From Balanoglossus misakiensis (Eukaryota > Animalia > Hemichordata), in NCBI GenBank assembly GCA_040954595.2, contig CM082590.2, positions 558,001 to 622,000 of the forward strand: a stretch of 64,000 bases of DNA. Reading direction: 5' to 3'. Below the pieces are notes generated by a model, which was not told where the DNA came from, ran no database searches, and saw nothing but the letters and a program-made list of their open reading frames with translations. Positions 1 through 13,245 of the stretch are shown here, in pieces (within the stretch, counting starts at the first letter, position 1; every line of letters starts with the position of its first letter). The translations under genes and the position numbers were made by a program.

Positions 1-398
1 CGTGGCTGTCCGGAGCGCGGACGGGCCGCCGAGCGAGTAACAGGCCATGAACTACCACCAGAAAGCCATTTCAGAGTCACTGTATGACAATTCAGCATCC
101 GCTGCCTCCCTCCGAGTAGTTTTGTAGAGACCGATTGAGTGGTGAGCATTAAAGACCGTTGTTGTTTTCCTCATGAGCCAGTGTCGTCTCAGACTGTCTG
201 TTCGTTCTGTATAGAAAATCCTGATCGAACAAGCAAAACTGTAACAATATGTTGTGTGACTATTGCTAGACACTGGGCATTTCACCATGCTTTACAGATG
301 TGAACAAGAAATTGCAGTAGATACACAAAACAAAATGCTGAAAACCTAGTAAAAAGTGCAACTAATGGAACTTTTATGAGTGAGTGAAATGGCAATAC

Positions 399-534
399 CT
401 TCTTTGACAAGATGTTCATTGTACAAGCTTGTTAAGACATTAGCTGTAGCTCTGCCATGCGCCAGGAATATGCCAGTAATTTTGGCCAGCTTGCTTCTCT
501 CATCTTTACTGTAACCTTTCAAGTATAACAAGAT
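399..534 (-). CDS. BZW: BZW/5MP (eIF5-mimic) coding exon 5; gene continues beyond position 1
   Basis: ILLYLKGYSKDERSKLAKITGIFLAHGRATANVLTSLYNEHLVKE-G matches BZW1/2 LLLFLKGF...LYNENLVKEG; AG acceptor at 535-536, GT donor at 397-398; 136 nt, phase 0 to 1. Confidence 0.95.
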
Positions 535-777
535 CTGCATGATAGAACAGACAGGCAGAGTTAGCAAGACATTTGTTATTGGTTGGCAGTTCAGTTGATA
601 CGTGTACATACGGTAATATTTGTTCAGACTTCAAAACGTGTCTGTATGCTGTCATGTTGCTGTAGTTAAAATTGCAGTACTTCTGTGCATTATAAAGTTA
701 CTTGTGTATAAAGGTCACCTCTAGGTCATGCATTATTTTTAGCTAGCAGGTCTTGCTCCATACAATTTGCATATCTC

Positions 778-1595
778 CAGTGGCTTAAGATGGGGCACCC
801 TTATGTTTTTGCCCGTTGCTATGGGCCTTTATAGGACACTACACTCAATTTTGAACGACACCGCTATGAACGTCCAACAAGGGGCTTGCAAATAGTTGAA
901 AATACGCACGATTGTGTGCACACCCCCTGTCCGAGTAAAGTTACGGCAGCTACCGCCCGGCCATAGGCCTCCACGCTAATACGGCAAAGCAGCGGTCAGC
1001 CAAAGCGTGCGCGTCCTGTAACCAAAGTAACTGGATCGAACGCTAAAAATCCAATGTTTTTGTACACAGGGATTTTGTACCGTTCACAAAAATCCCTAAG
1101 GCTTTTTTCATAGGCCATGTACACCAGTCAAATTTGACCTGTTGACAGAGAACACACTTCCGCATAGCGTGAAGGATCGTTTTAATGGTTATCGTCACGC
1201 TAAGAAGCGATACCGATGGAAGAGTGCGTCCAAAAACGCCCAAAATCGGTGACCTTTTCAGGGGTTGTACGCTGAAATGCTGAAATCGACAGATACAACG
1301 ACCATATTCGAAAACAAAATCCTTCACGATCTTCTCTGGTTCGAGCAACTAATGAATACGTATCAAGTTCGTTTTTGAGGTCACGGAATAAAAAGCCTTG
1401 CTTTTGAAATTTGACCTATCTTATTTGCATAACAATGGCGTCAGGGGGCACGCGCTCACAATCATGCAGATTTTCAACTAGTTACCAGCCCCTTGTTAGA
1501 CTCTGAACACGGTTTAGTTCAAATCGGGGTGTAATGTCCCAAAACGACCCATAGCAACGGGGAAAAAGATACGGGTGCCCCATCTTAAGTCACTG
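778..1595. mobile_element. Non-autonomous TIR DNA transposon with hAT-like CAGTG ends
   Basis: Near-perfect ~23-bp TIR CAGTGGCTTAAGATGGGGCACCC / GGGTGCCCCATCTTAAGTCACTG; no TSD recognisable. Confidence 0.7.
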
Positions 1596-1896
1596 GGTAC
1601 TGGTGTATGTGTCTGTCATTATCTTTGTATAATTATGGTCAGAAATGTGTGAAATACACAGGATTTTGCATTAAAAGAAGCTTTGTGTATGGATTGATTT
1701 TCTACATTTACCCGCATGTTTCCTCCTGAGAGAGTGTGCTTTAGACCTAGCGTTCTCGCCCCCCCCCCCCCCCCCAGGAATTTCTCATACAGTACTGTCT
1801 ATTTTTTATGACAATAAAATCAATTTTTATGATAATATGTTTCTTCTCCTGAATAAATGAGTATTACAACAGTCAGAAATAAAGATGCTATCTTAC

Positions 1897-1962
1897 CTTC
1901 TTCAGCTCTTCTTCAAAGGCCTTTTCCAAATACTTGTATCGTCTGATGAGGAAGTTGAACAC
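1897..1962 (-). CDS. BZW: BZW coding exon 4
   Basis: VFNFLIRRYKYLEKAFEEELKK (BZW motif LIRRYKYLEK); TAG acceptor, GTAAG donor; 66 nt. Confidence 0.96.
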
Positions 1963-3027
1963 CTATACATAAAATAACATCAATGTGCGACATTAGTTGA
2001 TACTTTAATATACTGGTATCATAATGGTCAAGTTCTTTTTAACCATTTCAACACCATGGTTCAGTACAAACTTATTGATTTCTACGATAAGGTGAGACCT
2101 CTAGTGAGGGAACTGGGCAGTGTGCGAAATTAAGAGAAAAGAGCTTCAGGTCATAAGGACCTGCACCAAGCCAAAGCTTCAGGTCCTTACAGAAAACAGC
2201 CGGTCCTTACAAAATGCCGTTGTTGACAACATGCATTACTATTACAGTCAACACTCTCTCCCTGAATAATGAATACTATGCTTTTGAATGTGACACGAAA
2301 ATAGATAATTCTTTTCAACATATTGCTATACAAGAGACTGCAACTAATCTTTAATAGTTCATGTCCTTTTTTAACAGAGTTCAGGGTTCGACATTGGAGT
2401 AAAAAGCCCACTATCCCCGGGACCAGTAAAATTGTTAATATAGTGGTCCTGCAAACAAATTCTGGTCCCGTCGGAAAGGGTAAATAGCAGTGCTGTACTT
2501 CAATGTCTACTGATGGGATATATCTAAAATCTAACATTTGTTCTTGAAAAACGAATGAATGTACTGTATCATACACAAATAAAAGGAGTGGCATTATTTT
2601 GGATATTTATCTCTACTCATTAAGTCTGCCAGCTTCATGTTTTTGTAGTGAATCAAACTCCTGGAAAGTCTGAAAACTCACTAGCTACCATCAGTCATAC
2701 CCGAATGGATCGTACAGGAATGATCAACCCATGGAATCTTCAAATGTTAAACGCTGTTAAAAATACATGCACTCCTCAGGGTTCGCGTTAGCGCAGATAA
2801 TTTACGTTTTCACGCAAGACAGTAATGATTGCACTCAAGAAAAGACGCGCCGTTGCAAGCACTGCGCGCAAATGTTTCTCATACCGGCTAAAAGTGGCTA
2901 TTGATCTGCAGTAGCTAGGCAACTATATCGGTAATATGACTCCGCTTGCGCGTCTGGAATTCTGAGGTAAAACAAACAATATGTTGCAAGCGCATCAGGT
3001 CATGCGCGCGACAAAAACAAGACAAAT

Positions 3028-5052
3028 TAAAGCTGCAAGCAGCATTGAAGGGGCCCAAGCATAGAGTTAATAACCATTAGACTCCATTCAGGGTTGTACC
3101 ATTCAAATGCGTAGGCTGTATTTGCTCTGGATATAGAGATATGGGGAAGTAGGCAACCACCCGAAATGCATGTCCTACAAGTACAAACACAACAACCAAA
3201 GGTGAACTTCTACGTTGTAAGTACTTCAGTAAGTATACTTCAAAGGTCAGCTGAGGGTACCCAAAAATTGGGCCAAAAATTAGGATTCTTAGTTGGTTCA
3301 TATTCAAGACAACAGAAAATCCTCGCTGTTTGGGTTTGTCAAATTAGATATGGCCATAATAATGAGTTACGCGAGTAAGTTACAGGTGGCCCCAGGAATT
3401 TAGCATTTCATGACGCAGAGGGTCCTACCCTACCCCTCCAAACACCTGGCTATATATGATGTGCGTGCTAACATATGGAAAGCAGGTCAATGGACACCTG
3501 AGGTCACCCAAAAATTTGACAAAAAATTTTCATTCCTGTTTATGTCATGTGCAACAAATCCTACATTTGCAGCCCTTTCACTTTGCCTACCATTAGGTAT
3601 GCACGTAATACATAAATCAAGCAGGTGTCGCAGGTATCCCCCTGTATTTGACATTTCATGATAGTTTCATCCCTCCAAATACCAAAGCTGCACCTGTACA
3701 ACGGGCTGAGATATGGCACTGTACGACAGAGGTCATCCAAATCAACTTATAGATTTGGGCAAAAACAAACTGACACTTACATTCGTCCCTGTGGAACAAA
3801 AACCACACACCTGTTGGTTAGTTTAGGCAGGTGCAACAGGGGACCCCGCCTTTGGTATATCATTATGGCCCCATCCGTATATGCCGCCCCCCCCCCCCCC
3901 CCCCCCCCAACGCCAAAGCTGCATGCATCTGCTGTGGATGCTCACTAAGCAAAAGTAGGTGAAATGTCACATAAGGTCGCCCATAACTTGACAGGAAAAT
4001 CGGACTTCAAATTGATCCATGTGCAACAAATACCACGCTAGCATCCCTTTCATTGACTCCACAATTACGCATACACATAATTGAGTTACACAGGTGTCAC
4101 AGGTGACCCCGAATCGGGCGTATTACTAGTTTTTTGGTCCCATACAGCTGCATGAAGCTGCGTGCCATTACGGGCGACCTGATAACCCCCACGGCCACCT
4201 GCGGGCCAACCCCCATACTGAACGTCCAGTTGCAACGTCACGACTGAAGTAGGAACTTTTGAACGGCAACGAAGCCTGATCTCTGATTATTGCTGGTACC
4301 ATACTCCCTTCGTGCAAGAAAATCACTGGTCTGCTGATATATTTCGGCCACATTAGCGACTGAGGGTCAAAGTCCGCCGCCGCATTACATTGAATGTTAA
4401 CCAGTGTAGCCGGGTCTGGATAGAAACATTTGAACGGCATTAGCTAACAAACTCAGCGTAATTCAATAAAACGCCCTAACACAGCCTGAACTCCGATAAT
4501 GTGCTGTCCCAAAATTCATTCCGTGGAAAATAATCACTGGTCAGTTTACGTATTTCAGCCGATTTTCCAAGGACTACTGCAACCCGCCAGAAGTGAGTAG
4601 CCTGCTAATGAGATCTCCACAACATTACGTAATGACGGTCAAAGTCCGATGCCCCAGTGTCCGTCCTCAGCCCACCAAAAATGCGAAAAATATTACAAAA
4701 ATCTTCTTCTCAAAATCGACGTGGCCTAGGACCTTGAAATTTGGCACAGGGGATTTTGGCCACATGGTCTACAAAAATCGCGAAAAGAATGTACATGCCC
4801 CCATTAACGTGCAAATTAGGTCAATTTGAAAATTTCGCTCGATTATAGCCACCAAGTCATGTGACTAATTACAAATTCAAAGGGCAGGTGCACCAGTACT
4901 CATGGGCCCCAATCACCGTGCCAAATTTCAAGGTCCTAGGCCACGTCGATTTTGAGAAAAACGGGAGCAAAAAAACGACTCAAGAAGAAAGAAGAAAAAC
5001 TCCAGCAATAACAGAAGGGGACCAAGCGCCTGAGGGCGCTTGGTCCCCTAAA
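3028..5052. mobile_element. Helentron/DINE-1-like non-autonomous element
   Basis: Perfect 15-bp hairpin AGGGGACCAAGCGCC-tgag-GGCGCTTGGTCCCCT (5016-5049), matching subterminal repeat AAGGGGCCCAAGC at 3048-3060, A-rich flanks, no TSD. Confidence 0.6.
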
Positions 5053-7274
5053 AAGACAGAGTTGACAGTATTCTCTGTACAACATGCTTTAGGTCAAAGG
5101 GTCACTCATAAGGTGATGTTCAAGATGGGACCCCTAGCCAGACAACAGTTGAACTTAGAATGAACTCCCCAGCTTTTAGAAATACCCTATAGATTTTATA
5201 CATGCAGTGTGAACGCTGGCTCGTCAAATGACCATTAATCACGGTGTTTTCTAAACTTAGCAGCGCCCACAACGTTATCTTGTTTTCAAATGCGGAAGTG
5301 GTGTGCTGATTTCCCGCGTAATTTTCTAAGCTTATTTACGTCGGAATAATCGTATTTTACCAGTCATTTTCACTGGTTATCGATAGTTTGTAGTTTAAGC
5401 TATTAAACGACACATTTTTACCGAAATATCTTGATTTACCTTTCGGAAAACTGATAAAACTTACAGTGACCCGAAATTTGGAAAAATAATAAACATCGAA
5501 TTTATAGTGTTTTAAGATGTGCAGCACTTTCTTATAAAAAATAATTGTAACATTTTGGAACGATTTTTGGTAATTTCAATATATATTCTGATGATTTAAG
5601 AAAAAAAATTTGTGTGACCCCCATGGGTCTTTGCAAAATCGCCCCTGATTACAAGTGCAACAATTCCGTTCTATAACACAGTATAGTATAGCGCACACGC
5701 CTGACTAGTGCATAGCTCCTGAACCTTCGTATGATGCAGTATACGTAGCGTGAGCGTCTCCTCGTGGGTAAACTGAATTTTCGTGACATGTTGATGTGAT
5801 ATCGCTTTTTATACCTCGAAGACTTACTTTTACAAAGGTTCTGACCAAAAAATTTTCTTTGTGATTTTCAATTGTCTACTTGTCGTATTGATGTCCGGGA
5901 CTATTGTCTGGCTCAAACGAAGCTCCATCGTGTGTCGGTCACGTCATATCCGCTTATTATGAAAAAGATCGGTAGTTTGAAAACGGCCTTTTGGTACTGC
6001 ACTATGCTCTTTGGCTTATTATGAAAAAGATCGACAGAGTTTGAAATGATCGGTAGTTTGCAAACCGCCTTTCGGCACTGGTGTTTATCAGCCTACATTG
6101 GCACTACGTTTATCGGCCGACAAAGTGTGATCGGTTGTTTTTGACACCTATATCGGCATAGAACAATTAATAGACGACACGGCATTTTTGTACAATTCTA
6201 GTCTTTATTGTTGATCATGATCGCACTGACGTGTAACACTCTCAATTACAACCCAAACATTCACCCTCACAACCCCCCCTCGGCCTCCCCCACGAAGTAA
6301 TGGTATCACACGGGGTAAAGTTAGCGCCGTATACTTGTACGTACGATACACCAGATCCCGCTTGTATATGGTTCACTAAGATGTGCAGCAAATTTTTATA
6401 AAAGCTCCAAGGAAGGTAACATTTTCCAGTATTACAGCTAAGTAAACAATCTAGGGTTCGAACACATTGTTTTTTTTGTACAACTTGCAGTTTTCGAAAT
6501 ATTCGCCTTGAAACATTGAAAATGGCAATTTTTATGACTAAACAATCAACACTACGATCTCGTAAAAAACTACTAGCGTAATTATCTGACCTTATGAAGA
6601 CACAAAAATTGAACACGATACAGTTGGAGGACCACTTTCCTCAATCAAATCGTCGTTTTAAAAAAAATATCCGAAGATTCACGGCCTGATTTCTGACGGT
6701 GTTGTTTTCATGATTGGAGGCTGACATTTTGAAATTTATCACGTGGCCTCTGCTTAATGCGCGCCCTCTATGAGAGCAACCTGCTTTCCGGCTGATGGGG
6801 AAGTTTTCTCAAATTCACTCGTGGTATGCGTTGGCGGGAAAGGACGCTTATTCAGCTCATGTTGCAATTTTATTCAGTGAGATTGCTGCTTCACGCAATG
6901 ATTGAGGATTTCGTCTGCGCGACCTCCTGATTGTTCGTGCGAGATCTCTCTCTCATTCATCAGCTCTCAGTCCACAACAGACATGAAAGTTCAAAACTGA
7001 CATATTGATAACCTTGCAAAATTCTCTCTCCTTTCACCCATAAGACATTAAGAGTACATGCAGAAGACTGTCAGCAAAATCAGAAGCCTGCAACCATGTG
7101 CTTCAACATAACACAACAGTACACAAGTCTAACGAGGTGCTAATCAGCGTGGTATCCCAATGGGATACTTTACGCATGCAAACTCATTAAACGCTGCTAA
7201 TCGCTTTCCCGCCTGTACTGCCAGGGTAGGGCGAGGGGGGTGGGGGTTACCTCGTGTGGTATAGCCTATTTGAA

Positions 7275-7648
7275 AATGACCTCTTCCCTTAGTGCGAGTT
7301 TCTTCGCTAAGTCGCTAGATTTGGGGCGACCAAACCTCTTCCGCGTAGACTCTATGGACGCCGACGTAGACACCGCGCCGTTGCTGTTTGCTGAAACTTG
7401 TGTACATTTGAGTGCGCATGCGCAGTAGTGTTATTACGTTGCATTCCGTGTGTCAACAGGAGCCTGACTCACGCGACTTTCTGTCCGGACAGAAAGTCAT
7501 TCTTCACTCGTTATATTGTAAATTGTATGAGTTAATGAGCAGAGCTGGGGATGATGACTGTTCGATTCAGTATCAATTATCATCTACTTTTAGAAATTGT
7601 AGATGCCGTTTCAAACAAAATTATGCCCCAACGAGAAATACTGAGGCT
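7275..7648 (-). mobile_element. Partial copy of the Kolobok-type MITE at 22221-22812
   Basis: Inverted near-identical copy of 22221-22500; ends ACGAGAAATACTGAGGCT followed by TTAA. Confidence 0.8.
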
Positions 7649-7652
7649 TTAA

Positions 7653-7790
7653 AATGACACTCCTTTGACTTTTGTTTGAAATTCTGTGAAGTTAGAGCAA
7701 AATATTTTGGGACATCAAGATTTTGTTGTTACTTGCAAAAAGTCCTGGGCCTGGGGGGTTGTGTACCTTAGAATTTTAAAGCACTTTAAA
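7653..7790. repeat. Kolobok-like terminal segment, copy 1 (direct repeat of 10183-10322; partial third copy ~48106-48164)
   Basis: ~135 bp near-identical sequence ending ...TTTTAAAGCACT-TTAA. Confidence 0.75.
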
Positions 7791-8283
7791 CCCCCAACTC
7801 CCGTATAAAAGGGCGAGACTTTGCGAGACTTCTCATAATGGTGGGAGTTAACAACAGAACGGACGTTGTCCATAAAAGACAGTAAATTTAGGTCTACCGA
7901 TGATTTTTTTGTCTCTAAATTCATAAAGGAGTGCATGAGTTTATTTAGCACGACATCCGCGGTTTCTGGTGCAATACAATTTGAAAATACTTTCGAAAAC
8001 CGAAGATGAAATCATTTTGTCCCCAAGATATGACCGGTATATCGGTACGATTTTCAGTTTGAATTTGCATGATTGACGTATTATGCAAATCAAAATTGGG
8101 GTGGCGTTGATTGCAAAGTGTGTGTGACCTGAAAATAGGGATATGATCATACCAAATTTATCACACATGAACATGCACACGTCCATAAATTCGGTAGTTC
8201 TCTTCTTGGAAATTGTGTTGGTCCTGAAAAGGACCGTTTGTATTTGTGTACCAACCGTACAAAGTGAAGAGGGGAAAGCCTCA

Positions 8284-8514
8284 TCAGTGCCATTTATGCC
8301 CAACGTAAGAAACACCGGGTAAATTCGGGTAGAGACCACGGACTAGCCAAGACTGCCTATGTGTGGTAACACATGGCGAACAAAAACAAAATTCACAGTT
8401 GTCCGAATCTCCGGAAGCCGATGTGCTCATGGACACGGTGTTTACTTCGACGGCTGCTGCATCCGATAGACCGGCAGTGTCCCCCGCATTAAACTCGCCG
8501 GTAGCCGATACCAC
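8284..8514 (-). pseudogene. Internally deleted Cys-rich ORF, probably transposon accessory (P2RX7 C-terminal-like)
   Basis: CEFCFCSPCVT...RQSWL joined directly to VRGLYPNLPGVSYVGHKW; family match is by recalled pattern only. Confidence 0.35.
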
Positions 8515-8869
8515 GCACGGTACTAACCCCCGCGGTCGCAGCAGGTGAACTTATGTGCCCCCGCCGGTCGATGACCGAAAGCTCGGCAGAGAAAATTGCC
8601 AGTATATCATCAGTTCAAAATTGTTTATATTGTCATTTACATGTCTATATAACATGTGTTTATCAGTCTCTTCTTTCCATGCAAATGTCTCCAAAGGTAT
8701 TGGTATGAAATTTTTTTCCTTCAAGTCGAATCAGCAGGAGTCTCGCAAGCTGTTTCTCAGCTTTGTCACTATTATGTACTAAGTTTTGTTTAGCTTCCTA
8801 AGAAAATCGACGTCTTGTTTACATAATGAGGGATTATGAATGATTTAGGTAGTCTAGCTTGAAGAAAAT

Positions 8870-9516
8870 GGTTGCCACGGTACTGGAGTAGCCTGCATAG
8901 GTTTAAGTTGTGATGTCATTTTACGTAATTTTAATAAAGGAATTGCATTATACTCTACGTGTGCCATGCATATGCAGTCATGTTTATCGAAGTCAGTGGA
9001 AATAGTCAGACATTTTGATGTAGATTTTGCCTGGGTTATACTAAAACCATACTCATTAATTGAAGAATGGCTGTACAGGAACAAGTTTGAAAACAATGTT
9101 TGCTATTTGTCTCACTTGATTGGATAACACAATAGCATGCAAGGCATGCTTTGACTATGTGTGCGACATACAACTTTAACATGACCAGCAAAAGTGAGCA
9201 AAAGCGAAGATTTTATGCTTGATAAAATCCACAAATTGATGATGGAAACAACAGTCTTGCTGCTGAAAAGAGATGCCTTCCTTTTATGCTTCTTTTTGAC
9301 ATCACTACGGCCTCTCAAAATCGACATCACAGGTGTCTGCCGTCTGCTATCCTGTGTACAAGTATTTTGCAGAAGTGTTCGATGCATGGCATGACTTCCA
9401 ACAAAAGTTGCTACATCTTTTGTCAAGTTTAGATAACTTGTTGAGATGGTATGCTGAGCTGCGTTACTTGTTGCAATTTGTACGTGTTACTATGGGCACC
9501 ATAAAATGAGGCTATT
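8870..9516. repeat. Dispersed repeat, diverged copy of ~55915-56516
   Basis: Collinear shared blocks, e.g. GGAATTGCATTATACT, AACAAGTTTGAAAACAAT, CTGCTATCCTGTGTACAAGTATT. Confidence 0.8.
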
Positions 9517-10182
9517 TATAAGACGCCTTGATGGCCTCATAGGCGAGGATGCTAAACAAAAATTGTTTTCATAAGTATTTCGAACTCAAATTTCAATGCG
9601 CACTTCGGGCGCAAAGTAACAAATTTCAATGCGTCACTTTTCAGTTCAATGCTACTATGGCGCAGGGCATACACGTTGACTTCCCAATCACTGAGGCTTA
9701 TCTGTAGTTCGTGCCATATATGGTAAAAATAATGACGTACTCGGGTCATAGATGAATGAAACTCATTATAAATTAATTTATTCTGGATGTCAGTCAAACG
9801 TTCCAGAGAAAAACGATCGTGTTATCGACATGACCTAATTACGTGACCTTTGACAGTATGCGTCCTTCCTTCACTTTGTAAACCCGGAAGACAGCAAATT
9901 TTTCACTGGACATTTTCATGACAGCGACATCAACAATGATTACGATTTTTTGGGGTTTCATTGAATACAATTTTATACCGATCAAGGTCATTAGTAATCC
10001 TGACCGTGACAACGACTTTGGAGTCGATGTCGAGAGCGGGTGGTCGCGCGCGATCGCGGGACCCAGCCGACTGCATTGAGCTGTGGACGCGATGTACCAC
10101 GCACGGTCACGGTCAGTCAAACGCGCGCGACCCTGTTTTCGACAGTGTGTCTATATACTTATATTTATAACTTTGCATCTAA

Positions 10183-10322
10183 AAATGTCACTCCTTTGAC
10201 TTTTGTTTGAAATTCTTTGAAGTTAGAGCAAAATATTTTGGGACATCCGAGATTTTGTTGTTACTTGCAAAAAGTCCTGGGCCTGGGGGGTCGTGTACCT
10301 TAGAATTTTAAAGCACTTTAAG
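10183..10322. repeat. Kolobok-like terminal segment, copy 2
   Basis: Near-identical to 7653-7790; ends AGCACT-TTAA. Confidence 0.75.
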
Positions 10323-10412
10323 GGTTAAACATGGCAAAAATCGGCCATCTTGAAATTGTGTCGACCATAAGAGATTTTCATCACTCACTTAGGTACCTTA
10401 AAACCTTTTTAA

Positions 10413-11631
10413 CCCTATTGCTACCGGGGGTCATAACCCGTTGGGCTGCCAAGTCGTTCTGAGACCGCCTCCTTTTCGGTGTATGTAGAATCCGGCATTC
10501 TACAACCGCTGGATTACCATGCTTTTTGCCTGAAAATCCGGTTTTTGGAGGGTCATTTTAGCTGCTTTTGAACGTGCTAGACTTCAAGTTTGGCACAGTC
10601 CCGTGTCGGCGGGACCACAAACAACAATTAACAGGGTAAAAGTTGTGGGTCATCGGGTTCGTTCCCCTGGGAGGGGAGCGTCTGTCAACGTCGTTTCGAG
10701 GCTTACTTTTACGAAAATAAAGTTAGTGTGTTAGCACACGCCATATCACGTCACCATTATTTGTCAGTAGGGGACCCAGGGTGTACCGCCAGGGGTGTTC
10801 GGGCACCCCTTCCCCTGCCACTTTCCCGTAGGGTACGGGTTAGTTCGACACGTAATGCGAATGACTAGACACTGGCGCACAGTGTCCCACTCTACAGCCG
10901 CCCGGCAACGACTCATTTCTTCAGATCAAGACACACACGGACGTTGTGATAACGACTCATTTCTTCAGACCAGACACACACGGACGTTGTGATAACGACT
11001 CATTTCTTCAGACCAGATACACACGGACGTTGTGATAACGACACGTCGGTTACTTACGCACGGCAGACTGACGTTCAGTACGGTGTTAATACGCTATAAA
11101 TTTTTATGGCACAGGGTTGTACCGACACAGTCATGGGTATCCCGCAAGCTCTGCGGGCCCCATTTCGTCATGTTTCCCGAGTCGATCCCAAAACGCACTC
11201 TCCCAAACAGTGCGTCCCACAAGTGCGTCCGACACCGCTGGCCATTGAAAAGGTCGATACCCTATGTCGTTGTGGAACCGTCTGTTATAGTAAACATTGC
11301 ATCGATGCCAAGTACGTTTTTGTCGGACGCAAAAAAACGGTCTCCCCAGGGTCGGGAATGACCGGCGGAATGTGCCTCTTAGGATAGTGTGCTCTTTGTA
11401 GTTCAAGGCAAAGAACCCTGTCGAGACTTTCCTGTCCTAACAGATACTGCCCTCAAAACAGTAGTTCAAAGACAACCCGTTATAGCGAAGCGCACGCAAA
11501 CACCTAGAGACTCCAGCGGGTCGGTGAATCATATCGATCCATACCGATTAGGTCATTCATCACTCGCCAACATTCGACTTCTACCCACACCGGAAATTGG
11601 GCGCTCTGCTACGTACTCGACAGCGTAAGGG
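10413..11631. mobile_element. piggyBac-like non-autonomous element with an internal ~43-bp tandem repeat (x3, ~10907-11042)
   Basis: TTAA-CCCTATTGCTACCG ... CGACAGCGTAAGGG-TTAA; TIR imperfect. Confidence 0.5.
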
Positions 11632-11677
11632 TTAAGGTGGGGAAAATTCAATTCATTACAGCATCACAATAACTTAC

Positions 11678-11778
11678 TTGTTCCCAGGCTTTGACAGCAT
11701 CCAATGTATTCTCAGCAAGGAAGACACAGACTTCACATCTCGTCACCTTTTCATCCTCAATCAAACTGCCGCCTGGAG
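11678..11778 (-). CDS. BZW: BZW coding exon 3
   Basis: (A)PGGSLIEDEKVTRCEVCVFLAENTLDAVKAWEQ matches BZW APGGT...CVF...Q; CAG acceptor, GTAAG donor; 101 nt. Confidence 0.95.
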
Positions 11779-12289
11779 CTGTAAACAGAACCAATTTCAT
11801 CATTCTCGTAGGTCTCATAATTATTCCTGACTACCAGTAATTAGTTAGTAGGCATTTTATAGTCCAGTGGTTGGGGCAGTGGACTCATGATGGATAACAT
11901 GTAGGGCGCATTAATTCAACGTTTTGTCATCGAATCTACACTCGTTAAGTGTTAAAATGTAATATCTGCAACGTGTGAGTGGCATCATTCAAGGGGCACT
12001 GGTCCCCTTTGAAAAATTGCTAGGGGATGCCAACATGTCAACAGGAGGTGAATCCCCCCAAGCCTTGTCCAGTTGAAACACTGGGTATCTATGATGCCAT
12101 AAGTGCCCACTCAGCATAAGATGACAAAGAGCTCTCCCCAAAATATGGGTGCCATTTTAAGGGGCACTGGTTCGCCCCCCCCCCCCCCAACAAATTGCTT
12201 GGGGGTGCCAACATGTCCACAGGGGTAAATCCTGCCCTCCCCATTTAGATGAAACTCAGCATAAGATGACAAAGACCTCTCTCCCTCAC

Positions 12290-12466
12290 CTAGTATTCCA
12301 CCAGCAAAGAGGATGTCGAACAGAACTTCTGCATAACGACGGTAATCAAGTTTACTTCCTGAGGTATCCAGGAACTTGGAAATCTGGTCAAGATCTCTTC
12401 CAGCATCTGTTACACCCTGAATTATAGCATCGCGGAATCCTGTAGGGTCATATTTCTCTTTTTCAT
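12290..12466 (-). CDS. BZW: BZW coding exon 2
   Basis: [18 protein letters not shown]...[23 protein letters not shown]; TAG acceptor, GTGAG donor; 177 nt. Confidence 0.97.
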
Positions 12467-12514
12467 CTAAAAAGGTCAAAATCAAAGCATAAATGGTTAT
12501 TGATAAAACGAACA

Positions 12515-12676
12515 ATCAAACCTGTCTATAGTGGCCAGTCATGGGACTTTCTAAACTAGCCTTTATACTAGATAGATGGCTGCTGCAGACAGGTCAATTG
12601 TGTACATTGCACAGGGACTGTAACAAAGTGCCACTATATATACGATATAGAGATGGCCACAACACAGGTTTGACTG
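12515..12676. mobile_element. Tc1/mariner (Tigger-like) MITE; related partial copy at ~25760-25845
   Basis: TCAAACCTGTCTATAGTGGCCA ... TGGCCACAACACAGGTTTGACTG-TA. Confidence 0.6.
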
Positions 12677-13245
12677 TAACAAGGACTGCATCAACCTTTA
12701 TCCTGCCAAATTGGTTGTAATAAATAGGTATGATTTCGGGAGGTGGGGGTGAAACCTCAGGCACCAGGGCAATTAAGCAAGCCAAGTGTGTGATACTCAG
12801 TAGAGCACACAGCCAAACCAGTAAACAAGTGAGATTTGATTTTTTTTTTTTTTTTTTTTTTTTGGGGGGGGGGGGTCAAACTATGCCTAAATATGTGTCA
12901 AAATCAATAAAAACGCTCAAAATATGGCCACATCACTCGAATACAACATGATACCGATCAAACTGTGTATTTTATTAATTTGGCTTAAATATCAAGGAAT
13001 GATCACATTGACTACCATTACCTATGTAATCATTATCATACAACAGAGAAAACCATTAATTCCAGTAAGTTATAAGATTAGTTACGTATGGTCAGCACAC
13101 AAGGTATTGAAATAATTGATACAAAGCCATTGTTTTTCTGGCATTTTAAGGTAGTCATGGGGTTAAAAACAAGTAAACTACAACATTTTACAAGGGCCTC
13201 TCTCTGTAAGGTTCCTGACTGTGTCTAACTTGCACAATGGCTTAC

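Noticed and set aside
346-609. ORF-track single-exon proteins at 346-609, 12111-12515 and 52364-52597
   Set aside because: Each is a real exon read through into intron; replaced by splice-site-defined exons.
6295-7265. Possible TIR pair CACACG(G/A)GGTAA
   Set aside because: Only ~12 bp of match and no TSD; insufficient to call.
11990-12285. Short local duplications beside the BZW exon 2 donor
   Set aside because: Non-coding, with no duplicated exon or new splice site evident.
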